From Tolypothrix carrinoi HA7290-LM1 (GTDB lineage: Bacteria; Cyanobacteriota; Cyanobacteriia; Cyanobacteriales; Nostocaceae), in the NCBI GenBank assembly GCA_019358935.1, contig JAHHIK010000050.1:1-58118 (forward strand): a stretch of DNA of 58,118 nucleotides, given 5' to 3'. Of this stretch, positions 8,427-17,384 are shown in pieces; the first letter of the stretch is position 1, and each line of letters starts with the position of its first letter. The notes beneath the pieces are model-generated. The model had not been told where the DNA came from. It did no database searches and was given only the letters and a program-made list of their open reading frames with translations. The translations under genes and the position numbers were made by a program.

Positions 8427-9030
8427 TTGGTGCTGTTAATGCTTCTGCTACTGCTGCCAAACACCGTGAGTCGGTCAACATCCAAGGGTGCAGCCTTGAT
8501 GGTACTATCACTTCTGTTCCTAACGGAAGACGCGAACTATTTGCTGGGACAATCATTAAATCATATGGTGTCCACATTGAGGTAAAATTCAACTGCTTTA
8601 ACATCGCCACGTCACTATTCAAATCTTGGAGAAAAGCGCTGTTAGGACGCATTTGCACGCACCCTGGACGTAGGGAAGCATAAGCGATCGCACTCCCATT
8701 ATGGGGCGAAGATATTGTAATAAACCGCTGTACGCGATTAATTCCCCCCAGTCGTTGCACGTAGTAACGGCTGATAATTCCCCCCATGCTAAAACCAACT
8801 ATATCTAGTGGTTGTTCTGCGGCAAAGCTGTCGGCAATATAATCAGCGACTTGCTGTGCTAATTTCTCCAGACCGAAATCACCGTTATTCGGAATTAAAT
8901 CTAAAGTATACACAGACCATCCCCGCTTTCTTAGGTAGGTCGCCATTGTCTGGAAAACTTGCCCGGTATCGTTTATACCATGTACCAATACCACGGAATT
9001 GCGTTGCTGCGTCTCAGTATTCATATCCAA
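8356..9030 (-). CDS. Alpha/beta hydrolase (lipase/esterase)
   Basis: VVLVHG, nucleophile elbow GFSMG, SPHNG, Asp and His catalytic candidates. Confidence 0.9.
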   Translation of the reverse strand: MDMNTETQQRNSVVLVHGINDTGQVFQTMATYLRKRGWSVYTLDLIPNNGDFGLEKLAQQVADYIADSFAAEQPLDIVGFSMGGIISRYYVQRLGGINRVQRFITISSPHNGSAIAYASLRPGCVQMRPNSAFLQDLNSDVAMLKQLNFTSMWTPYDLMIVPANSSRLPLGTEVIVPSRLHPWMLTDSRCLAAVAEALTAPINCDRQFGHTQDFQKSLLGNDNI

Positions 9031-9111
9031 AATATGTCTAATCTCAATCTAATTATGTAGAAAATTTAATTGAGTGCGATCGCGATCGCCCTAACAGACT
9101 ATGACTGAAAA

Positions 9112-9400
9112 CAGGGTATGGGGTGTGGGGTGTGGAAGAAGGGTGTGGGGTGTGGGGTGTCGGGTGTGGAAGAAGGGTGTGGGGTTGCGTGTCGAGGAGA
9201 AGAGGGGTAAAGGAGCAGAGATGTTGAATTTTTTCAAGCAGCGAGATTGTTTTTTCATCCTTTTTCCCTACACCCCATACCCCACACCCCACACCCTACC
9301 CTTGACGACACCACACCCCACAACGCCAGATGCCTCAACGGGGGGAAAATACGCACGGCACTGGCTCCCCCACACCCCTACACCCTCTTCATACTCCCCC
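9112..9400. repeat. STRR-type heptamer repeats (GGGGTGT / ACACCCC) in inverted arrangement
   Basis: Tandem GGGTGTG units followed by CCCACAC units. Confidence 0.85.
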
Positions 9401-9745
9401 TACTGCTTTAAAGGCAACCAATTTCTCCAGTCAGATACTTAAGTTTTCGTGCATAATGTTAATTTTTGTTAACTCAACTTTCAGAAACTTGCTTCAAGTT
9501 ACAGTAAAATTTAATAATTAATTCTCGGCACAGACAGTTGCTCCTATTTAGCGAAAAAGAGTTGAAAACGTTTGTCCTATACTGTTATTAGAATGTAGAT
9601 CGGCACAGACCAATGAGGAGTGTCACATACACAGGTGATGCCAGAAAATGGGTCAGTAAACAAAATTTTGAGAAAATGTAACATTTTGACGTAATTTTTC
9701 ACAATTGCGTTAGGTTTCCAAATATAAAGAACAGGAGTAATTGTA

Positions 9746-10378
9746 ATGTTCGGGTTTATCAAAAACTTCATCGCGGGAATTCTGGGTTTTGTTACTGGGC
9801 TATTACCAGGTAAGAAAAAAGGCGATAATGAGCTTTCGCCAGCGAAGAAAAAAAGCAACGGCTACTTTTTAGAGTTAGACGAGGCAAAGAGTATCAAGCC
9901 GTTAGAGACTGTGAAAGAGGCAGCAAAAGAAGTAGCATCAAACACTCAGAAAGCAGCAGATAAAGTTGTAACTGAGGCTAAAAAAGCAGTCGAAACAGTT
10001 ACTACTGAAACTAAAAAAGCAGCAGAAACAGTTACAACTGAAACTAAAAAAACAGCAGATAAAGTTGTATCTGATTCTAAAAAAGAAGTGGAAACAGTTC
10101 CAGCAAATGCCGCAGCGTCATCCAATGGAACAAAAGCTGCTGCATCTAAAGCCGACTCTAAGTCAGTCAAAGCTTCTAAAAATGGCAAGGCTCCTAAGGC
10201 TGAACCTAAACCAGAGGTAACACCCGCAGCCAGCAAAGTTGCAAAGATACCAGCGGAAACTACTTTCGCTCCCAAATATCTTGCTCCTTCGGCTACAAGC
10301 TCTAACGGTCGTCGTCGTCCTGGTGCGAACATGACTTCTTTCTTGGACATGGCTCGTCAAGTGAAAACTCCTGGTTAA
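9746..10378 (+). CDS. Lys/Ala/Glu-rich hypothetical protein with 11-aa repeats
   Basis: AGGAG RBS; amphipathic N-terminus, GYFLELD motif, TETKKAAETVT repeats, C-terminal RRRPGANM. Confidence 0.8.
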   Translation: MFGFIKNFIAGILGFVTGLLPGKKKGDNELSPAKKKSNGYFLELDEAKSIKPLETVKEAAKEVASNTQKAADKVVTEAKKAVETVTTETKKAAETVTTETKKTADKVVSDSKKEVETVPANAAASSNGTKAAASKADSKSVKASKNGKAPKAEPKPEVTPAASKVAKIPAETTFAPKYLAPSATSSNGRRRPGANMTSFLDMARQVKTPG

Positions 10379-10384
10379 GGTTTT

Positions 10385-10510
10385 GGGAATTGGGAATTGG
10401 TAATTGGTAATAGGTAATAGGTAATTGGTAATTGGTAATTGGTAATTCCTCCTTGTCCCCTTGTCCCCTTGTCCCCATTCCCCATTCCCCATTCCCCATT
10501 ACCCATTCCC
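10385..10510. repeat. STRR heptamer arrays
   Basis: (TTGGTAA)n, (CCTTGTC)n and (CCCCATT)n between convergent genes. Confidence 0.9.
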
Positions 10511-11656
10511 CTTAACAAATATCAGTCCGCTATATAAATGAAATGCTGGGTCCCAATTAGTCTTTTCCCTACGAAATAGGTGAATGTGAGACTGAATTTG
10601 ACCCAGCATTTCTGTTTGATCTAATACTGTCTCTCCAAAAGGCGTAAAATCTGACCAAAGCTTTACTGTAGGTAGTTGCTGCTCGATCCAGTTTACTAAG
10701 CTATTCCAATTAATTCGGATGGTAGTTTGGCTAATTTGGGGAGTGATTTCTACACCTTGGTGGAATTCATAGCCGTTGTCATAAAGTCGTAAAATACAAC
10801 TTCTACCAGGTAGATGTAAATCACAAAATTGAGCATAGTCTTGAGTTTGGGTTTTGCGTTCGAGTTTGCGTCGTGCGGACAAATCTACAACTTCTTCAAA
10901 AATGGGCAAAAGTCCGACTACTGTGGCTTTGACTTCTGACCAATCAAAGGTTAGGGAACCGAGTGTATTAAGTTGATTGCGACAAACAACAGTGGCTTTT
11001 GTGGTAGATTCTTGAAAATGCTTGACTTGAAAAACTTGAATTTTTTGAATGTCAGCTATTCTTGCCCAAAAGCAAGGAATTTCAGCTTTGCGTAGTTGCT
11101 CACCATAAAATTGTAGTTCTCCTATGGCTCCAGTTCGATAAAGCCTGAAGCCACGACTTGGTAACACCAGTCTCGCGGTGTAAGGGTCTAGCTGCATGAT
11201 TTTGGCAAATTTTTGAGCGGCTGTGGTTTTCAGTTCGTTGCTTATAGGTTCTAAAATTAAAATGCCGATATCGGTGTTGTTGGGGTCAGCTGTTGCTTGC
11301 GCGTAGACGCGAAGCGGTGAGGGAGTCGCAGTCTTGGCGGTTCCCGTCGATTGCGAACTCCCGAACCCGAAGGGCTTGTCGCCAGACATCGCTCTTTGTC
11401 TTTCTTCTTGCTCAATTTCTTGCAGTCGCTGCAAACCCTGACGTGCTAGGCTAATTATTTTCGCATTAGTTGTAGTTCGCAGCAGTTGCCGATAAACTTT
11501 TTCGGCATCTTCACGCTTTCTGGACACTTCATGCAGTCGTGCTAGATAAAATTGTACCCAAGGATTATCGGGAGATTCTTTTAATAGCTGTTTGAGTAAT
11601 TTGGCGGCGGTGTGATAGTCTTTAGAGTCAAAGGCGATCGCAACTTCATCGATCAT
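10499..11656 (-). CDS. TPR-domain protein (cyanobacterial conserved type) with an in-frame repeat insertion
   Basis: N-terminal TPR; ~30 aa MSGDKPFGF..PLRVYA derives from a nested repeat at ~11301-11392. Confidence 0.85.
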   Translation of the reverse strand: MIDEVAIAFDSKDYHTAAKLLKQLLKESPDNPWVQFYLARLHEVSRKREDAEKVYRQLLRTTTNAKIISLARQGLQRLQEIEQEERQRAMSGDKPFGFGSSQSTGTAKTATPSPLRVYAQATADPNNTDIGILILEPISNELKTTAAQKFAKIMQLDPYTARLVLPSRGFRLYRTGAIGELQFYGEQLRKAEIPCFWARIADIQKIQVFQVKHFQESTTKATVVCRNQLNTLGSLTFDWSEVKATVVGLLPIFEEVVDLSARRKLERKTQTQDYAQFCDLHLPGRSCILRLYDNGYEFHQGVEITPQISQTTIRINWNSLVNWIEQQLPTVKLWSDFTPFGETVLDQTEMLGQIQSHIHLFRREKTNWDPAFHLYSGLIFVKGNG

Positions 11657-11749
11657 GATTTTAGGCGTTAATTTTAAAATCTATCCATTAAATAATTATT
11701 GTCCACTTTAAAGAATTGTCATCCCTTTTGGTCGGGTGCGATCGCAAAA

Positions 11750-12015
11750 GCCATTTAGGGAGTCGCAAAAATAGCTTTTGAGACAGCAAAAGCTATTTCG
11801 GATACTACAATTGCCATTTTTCATGCTACAATTGCCATTTTCGATACTACAATTGCTATTTCACCGAACCCATTTGCTATTTAGGGAGTCGCCAAAATAG
11901 CTTTTGAGACAGCAAAAGCTATTTCGGATACTACAATTGCCATTTTTGATACTACAAAAGCTATTTAGGGAGTCGCCAAAATAGCTTTTGAGACAACAAT
12001 TGCTATTTCGGAACT
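11750..12015. repeat. Array of 12+ 21-bp units with higher-order repetition
   Basis: Units such as GCTATTTAGGGAGTCGCCAAA, ATAGCTTTTGAGACAGCAAAA and GCTATTTCGGATACTACAATT in exact 21-bp register; blocks start at 11750, 11876 and 11960. Confidence 0.9.
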
Positions 12016-12197
12016 CTAATCATCCTGTCCGAAGACGAAACCCAACATTTATTAGCTCAAACAAAGTGCGATCGCCCGATCCTATAGAGTCAGCATTGTT
12101 CTAAAAATCTGATATGGCGCGAAGAGCTTGTCCTAAGTAGACAGAAAAATAGACAACCCTGTACAATAAGGTAGAACTTTGTACAGGGTTTTATTTT

Positions 12198-12848
12198 GTG
12201 TATAAACCACATGAATTTGCGAAGAAATTAAATATCACCGTCAAAACACTTCAGCGTTGGGATAATTCTGGGAAGCTTCCTGCGAAACGGACATTATCCA
12301 ATTACAGATATTACACAGATGATGATTTACGTATTGCTAAAGGCTTGAAACCTATTGAATCAAAGAAGAAAATAGTAGTTTATTGTCGTGTATCGTCTAA
12401 TAACCAAAAGCCCGAACTAATTAATCAAATTGTAGCAATGGAACAATTTTGTTTGGCGCAAGGATTACCGATAGATGAATTAGTTCGAGAAATCGGAGGT
12501 GGCTTAAATTTTAAACGCAAAAAGTTCTTGACTGTAGTATTTGCAATTCTTCGAGGTGAGGTGAAAACCTTAATAGTAGCCCACAAAGATAGATTATGTC
12601 GATTTGCATTTGATTTGATAGAAGAAATAGCCTCCATCAATGGATGCCAAATTATTGTTGCAAATCAAGAATCTTTGTCTCCTCAACAAGAGTTGGTAGA
12701 AGATTTAATGGCTATAATCCACTGCTTTTCGTGTAGGTTATATGGGTTACGTAGTTATTCTTCGGAATTAAAAACTAAATTAAAAGAAACTATTGACAAC
12801 CCTGACCAAGAGATAGTAGTCTTGGGGCATAACAAACCGCAGTGCTAA
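12198..12848 (+). CDS. tnpA: IS607 serine-recombinase transposase
   Basis: MerR-like N-terminal HTH (KTLQRWD), YCRVSS, HKDRLCRF, ELVEDL..FSCRLYG. Confidence 0.95.
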   Translation: MYKPHEFAKKLNITVKTLQRWDNSGKLPAKRTLSNYRYYTDDDLRIAKGLKPIESKKKIVVYCRVSSNNQKPELINQIVAMEQFCLAQGLPIDELVREIGGGLNFKRKKFLTVVFAILRGEVKTLIVAHKDRLCRFAFDLIEEIASINGCQIIVANQESLSPQQELVEDLMAIIHCFSCRLYGLRSYSSELKTKLKETIDNPDQEIVVLGHNKPQC

Positions 12849-13948
12849 AATCAAGGCATGAAGAAGTGCTTTTATCAATCAAAACACAGCTAAAACTAAA
12901 TTCACAAGAGCGTGTTTTGATGTCAAAGCACGCTGGGATAGCAAGATTTACATACAATTGGGGACTAGCCACATGGCAGTCTCTGTACAAAGATGGATAC
13001 AAACCAAATCAGAGATTGTTGAGGACATTTTTTAACAATCATGTCAAAACAAACCCTGCTTTGTCATGGTTAAAAGAAAAAGGTATTTGCCAGAAAGTAA
13101 CTGAGTTTGCTTTTGAAAACTTAGGAAATGCTTATCAGAAATTCTTCAAAGGATTAGCTGACTATCCTAAGTTTAAGAAAAAGAGTAAATCGATGGATAG
13201 TTTCACCATCAATTCAGGTGGTAAGGCAATTAGTGTTGGTGGAACTCGTGTTAAGTTGCCTACGATAGGATGGGTTAGGACTTATGAAGGACTGCCCCAT
13301 ACTAGTACAACTTCGTTTACAATTTCTGAACGCGCTGGCAACTGGTATATAAGTTTTGCGTTTGAACAAGATTTACCAACCCCTTCGACCACAATTCCAG
13401 TCGTCGGAGTTGACTTAGGAATTAAAGTGCTAGCAACTTTATCTACAGGAGTTGTTTTTAATAATCCAAAGGCGAGGGATAAAATGAAAAAAAAATTGGC
13501 GAAACAATCTCGCCAATTAAGTAATAAAACTAGAGGTTCCAAAAGATATTTAAAACAAAAGTTAAGAGTTGCAAAAACCCATAAACGCACCTCTGACATC
13601 AGACTTGATGCGACACATAAAGCTACAACTACTATTAGCAAAAACCACGCCAGAATAGTTGTTGAAAGCTTAAATGTTAAAGGGATGATGTCGAATCATA
13701 AGCTAGCTGGTGCGGTGGGTGATGCAAACTTCTATGAATTTCGGAGACAATTAGAGTACAAGTCTAAGAAATTCGGGTCTGAGATTGTATTTGCTCACCC
13801 GTTTTATCCTTCCAGCAAAACTTGTTCAAGTTGCGGTCATATTCAAGATATACCGCTAGCTGTGCGAACATTTGATTGTCAAAGTTGTAAAGTCAGCTTA
13901 GATAGGGACTGGAATGCCGCAAAAAACCTAGAAAAGCTCTTGGTTTAA
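12842..13948 (+). CDS. tnpB: IS607 TnpB RNA-guided nuclease
   Basis: GVDLG, VVESL, SKTCSSCG, DRDWNAA; ORF intact. Confidence 0.95.
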   Translation: MLKSRHEEVLLSIKTQLKLNSQERVLMSKHAGIARFTYNWGLATWQSLYKDGYKPNQRLLRTFFNNHVKTNPALSWLKEKGICQKVTEFAFENLGNAYQKFFKGLADYPKFKKKSKSMDSFTINSGGKAISVGGTRVKLPTIGWVRTYEGLPHTSTTSFTISERAGNWYISFAFEQDLPTPSTTIPVVGVDLGIKVLATLSTGVVFNNPKARDKMKKKLAKQSRQLSNKTRGSKRYLKQKLRVAKTHKRTSDIRLDATHKATTTISKNHARIVVESLNVKGMMSNHKLAGAVGDANFYEFRRQLEYKSKKFGSEIVFAHPFYPSSKTCSSCGHIQDIPLAVRTFDCQSCKVSLDRDWNAAKNLEKLLV

Positions 13949-14075
13949 ATATTAAACACGGATGGCTAAATCGTGTCTGGACGCGGAGGGTTCTGAAGCC
14001 GACTTCACCCGATGAAACGTCAAATAAACGACAGGTGTCTAAGGATGTCTAGAGTTTATGTAGCAGCGCTTACTA

Positions 14076-14807
14076 CTATACTTCACAAGCTGCGGAAATT
14101 AGGGATAATGCGACAATTGGAGCCGTAACTGCTCTGAGGATGCGACGACCAAGGGAAACTGGTTGAAATCCAGCTTTAATAGCGTTGTCAATTTCTTCTT
14201 CTGTCCATCCCCCTTCTGGACCGGTGGCAATAACTATTGACATTTCTCCTTCGTTGTGCAGGCAACTTTTTAAATGTGGGTAGTTGCCGCGTCCCTCACA
14301 AATATACTTCTGCTGTGTTGCAAATGACGATAAACCAGCGTCAAAGGAAATAGGTTCCAATATTGTTGGGACAAAAGAACGCTCTGATTGTTCGGCTGCT
14401 TCAGATGCAATTCGGCGCCAGCGTTCGAGTTTTTGGGGACTGGGGTTGAGTAAAGTACGATCGCTTATTACCGGAGCTATACAAGCTACACCCAATTCCG
14501 TACAGCAACGCACGACTTCATCAAATCCATTGCCTTTGGGCAAGGCTACCATCAGGGTAATGGATACAGGTAGTTCGGTTTCTACTGTGAGTAATTCTAA
14601 AATTTGCGCTTCTTCCCCTTCTAACTGCGCTAACCACCATTTACCCATACCATCCATTGCGATAAAGCGATCGCCTTTTTGCAATCGTAATACGCGATTT
14701 AAGTAATGTTGCTGTTGCGGTGTCAGCAGAATTTGATTTTGTTGAAGTTGATCAAGTGCGTTAGCGGAGCTTAACGAAGTTATCGCGATTCTTTGCAGTT
14801 GAGCCAT
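14076..14807 (-). CDS. rsmE: 16S rRNA m3U1498 methyltransferase
   Basis: HYLNRVLR, EAAEQSER, GPEGGW, LGRRILRAVTA; 21-bp insertion in a HIP1 site at 14761-14781. Confidence 0.95.
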   Translation of the reverse strand: MAQLQRIAITSLSSANALDQLQQNQILLTPQQQHYLNRVLRLQKGDRFIAMDGMGKWWLAQLEGEEAQILELLTVETELPVSITLMVALPKGNGFDEVVRCCTELGVACIAPVISDRTLLNPSPQKLERWRRIASEAAEQSERSFVPTILEPISFDAGLSSFATQQKYICEGRGNYPHLKSCLHNEGEMSIVIATGPEGGWTEEEIDNAIKAGFQPVSLGRRILRAVTAPIVALSLISAACEV

Positions 14808-15309
14808 GTGATTTTAGGCACGGTTGAAAATGAGGTTGGTGACACACAGCCACCGATCGCCATTCGGACGATCGTGCTTTGTTTAGATTAGTCGCAGATC
14901 GTGTTAATTGTGTGATTGGCATGAAAAGAGCGATGCCTACGGCAACCCGAACGCTCTTTGCGTCTGGTGACAGGAGAAGCGGGAACGCTCTTTTAAGGTT
15001 TTCATCCCCTCAAAAAATTTTTGCACTACAACCGTTGCACTGGTGCTTAATCCCATTCAGATTAATGTATGATTAGCGAAGTCTACTAAACAGTTTCGGG
15101 TGCTGACAGTTACTTGGACACTTGGGCGGAAAAGCCTGGTGTTTGCTTGCCTCAAAAACGCCGCTTTTAACTCAATGTTTTCAAGGTGGCTAAACGATTT
15201 TTAGGGTGCTTTTTGCCTTAGGTATCTAATTAGGTTTTACTAATTAGATAGTTTACCAATGCCTACCAGATATTTATGGTAGGGATTTTGGGTCAAAGAC
15301 TTGCCTTAT

Positions 15310-15341
15310 GTATATTTACTTTTAAACGTATATTTACTTAG
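15310..15341. promoter_or_regulatory. Tandem GTATATTTACTT motifs upstream of the chemosensory operon
   Basis: Copies at 15310 and 15328; the 14-mer GTATATTTACTTAG recurs at 24211. Confidence 0.45.
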
Positions 15342-15458
15342 CAAGTGAGTGTGTACATGAGGGAGATATCGAATAATCCTGATTTACTCACCTGCGATCC
15401 CATCTTTTAAACAGGGATGGATTTTGTTGAGGAATTCTCTAGTTATAACTCACCACTG

Positions 15459-17363
15459 ATGTTTAAACAATTTTTCCCAAAATTTCCGAATCAACTCAGA
15501 CTTCAAAATCAAATCATGCTCCTGCTGCTTTTAAGCACCATTATTCCCGTCTCTATCGTGGGATTGTATGGTATTTCTTCTTCCACTACCACCTTATCGG
15601 AAGTCGCTAAACAGCAACTAAAGGCTGAGTCAGCTAAAGAAGCCAAAAATATCAATGCATTTTTAGATGGTGTTAGTGATGATGTTTTATTCTTGAGCAA
15701 AATTCCTCCGATTCAAGGCATTATCAGAGCTAGAGTCGGTGGGAGAGTAGACCCACAACGTAATTACAACGCCTGGGTTGAGCAGTTGCAGACTACCTTT
15801 AGTGCCATGATGGAGCAGAAGCCCCATTATATGCAGTTGCGGTACTTAGACGAACAGGGCAACGAATTGGTGCGAGTTGATTCTGATGGCACTAACATCA
15901 AAGTTATCCCCAAAGCCGAGCTGCAAAACAAAGCAGATAGACGATATTTTAGCGATACGATGAAGTTGCCTGTTGGCAGTGTCTATGTCTCACCCGTGGA
16001 TCTGAACCAGGAACGCGGTCAAATCGAACGACCTTTTAAACCAGTGATTCGATACGCTACACCAATTTTTGACTCAACTGGTCAAAATAGAGGAATTGCG
16101 ATCGCCAATGTATTTGCCAACCAATTTATAAAAGCTTTTCAAGACGATAATCAACAAGCAGACGATAAAAATAAATATAAAGGCAAAGAGAACTTTCTGG
16201 TCAATCAACAAGGCTACTACATCTCCCATCCCAACCCCAAAAAGGAGTGGGGGTTTGAGTTCCGCAATAATGAAAAATTAGAAAAAGATTATTCGCAAGA
16301 ACTTGCCAAGCAAATCTTAAGCAGTGAACAGGGATTTATTGACAAGGGAGGCTATCTCTTCAGCTACCATAAGGTTGATCCCAGTCCAAAGCAGCCGGAA
16401 TTCTTGGTAGCTATCTCTAAAGTACCAAAAAATAGCGTTTTTGCTGCCATTAACTCATTTAAAATCGTCGCCATCCTAATTATTCTTGTTTCTCTGGCTG
16501 TGGTGCTGCCACTGGGAATTTATCGGGCACGCCAACTGGTAAATCTGATTAAGCAACTGATTAATGGAATATCCACCTCTAGCCTGCAAACTTTCTCTAC
16601 CATAGAACAGCAAGAACGTGTGGCTAATCAGCAAGCTGCTTCGGTGAATGAAACCACCACCACAATGGATGAACTCAAAGCTTCTTGCCGCCAGTCATCT
16701 GAGCAAGCCAAAGCTGCCGCAGTCGCCGCACAGCAAGCTCTAGCGCTTGCGGAGAATGGCACCCAAGCAGTGGGAGAAACCCTCGAAGGGATGTTCACCT
16801 TGGAAAAAAAAGTGGGAGCGATCGCGGAACAGATTGTGAATCTTTCCGAGCAAGCCAGTCAAATTGGCAGCATTTCCCAGATTGTTTCTGACTTGGCAAA
16901 CCAAACTAATATGTTGGCACTTAATTCATCAGTTGAAGCTGTCCGCGCTGGAGAATATGGTAAAGGCTTTGCCGTGGTTGCGAATGAGATTCGCAGATTG
17001 TCCGACCAAAGTCAAAAATCTGCCGAAAAAATTAATCTCCTGGTTTCTAATATCCAAAAAGCGATTAATTCCACAGTGATGGTGACAGAGGAAGGCACGA
17101 AGACAGTAAAAACGGGAGTGCAAATCGCTCAAAATACAGATCAAGCCTTCGCAGGGGTAGCGAAAGCCGTCAACCACATGGTTTTCAACAATCAACAAAT
17201 ATCGCTGAATCTGAAGCAGCAATTAGATGCCATTCAACAAGTCGTCGAAGCGATGAATAACATCAACAAAGGGGCAAAAGAAACCGCCACTGGCATCAGT
17301 CAAACCAGATCGGGCACCGAGCAACTTAACAAAGCTGCTCGGACTCTCAAGCAGATGGTGTAG
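15459..17363 (+). CDS. Methyl-accepting chemotaxis protein with periplasmic Cache domain
   Basis: Two TM segments; [28 protein letters not shown] Cache motifs; signalling hairpin [34 protein letters not shown]; start may be 15417. Confidence 0.95.
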   Translation: MFKQFFPKFPNQLRLQNQIMLLLLLSTIIPVSIVGLYGISSSTTTLSEVAKQQLKAESAKEAKNINAFLDGVSDDVLFLSKIPPIQGIIRARVGGRVDPQRNYNAWVEQLQTTFSAMMEQKPHYMQLRYLDEQGNELVRVDSDGTNIKVIPKAELQNKADRRYFSDTMKLPVGSVYVSPVDLNQERGQIERPFKPVIRYATPIFDSTGQNRGIAIANVFANQFIKAFQDDNQQADDKNKYKGKENFLVNQQGYYISHPNPKKEWGFEFRNNEKLEKDYSQELAKQILSSEQGFIDKGGYLFSYHKVDPSPKQPEFLVAISKVPKNSVFAAINSFKIVAILIILVSLAVVLPLGIYRARQLVNLIKQLINGISTSSLQTFSTIEQQERVANQQAASVNETTTTMDELKASCRQSSEQAKAAAVAAQQALALAENGTQAVGETLEGMFTLEKKVGAIAEQIVNLSEQASQIGSISQIVSDLANQTNMLALNSSVEAVRAGEYGKGFAVVANEIRRLSDQSQKSAEKINLLVSNIQKAINSTVMVTEEGTKTVKTGVQIAQNTDQAFAGVAKAVNHMVFNNQQISLNLKQQLDAIQQVVEAMNNINKGAKETATGISQTRSGTEQLNKAARTLKQMV

Positions 17364-17384
17364 TGTCGTGATTATTACCGAAAA

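Larger units (their letters stand above)
12117..14066 (+). mobile_element. IS607-family element
   Basis: tnpA(S) plus tnpB; TAGACA repeats at the left end and TGTCTA repeats at the right end; boundaries approximate. Confidence 0.85.

Noticed and set aside
9053..9521. ORFs 9053-9292, 9101-9442 and 9330-9521
   Set aside because: Translations of STRR heptamers; the same applies to ORFs at 10163-10499, 52150-52527, 54115-54424, 55212-55441 and 56786-57194
11750..12015. CRISPR array
   Set aside because: Contiguous 21-bp units with no unique spacers and no cas genes
15310..15341. NtcA box
   Set aside because: Spacing is GTA-N4-TAC rather than GTA-N8-TAC
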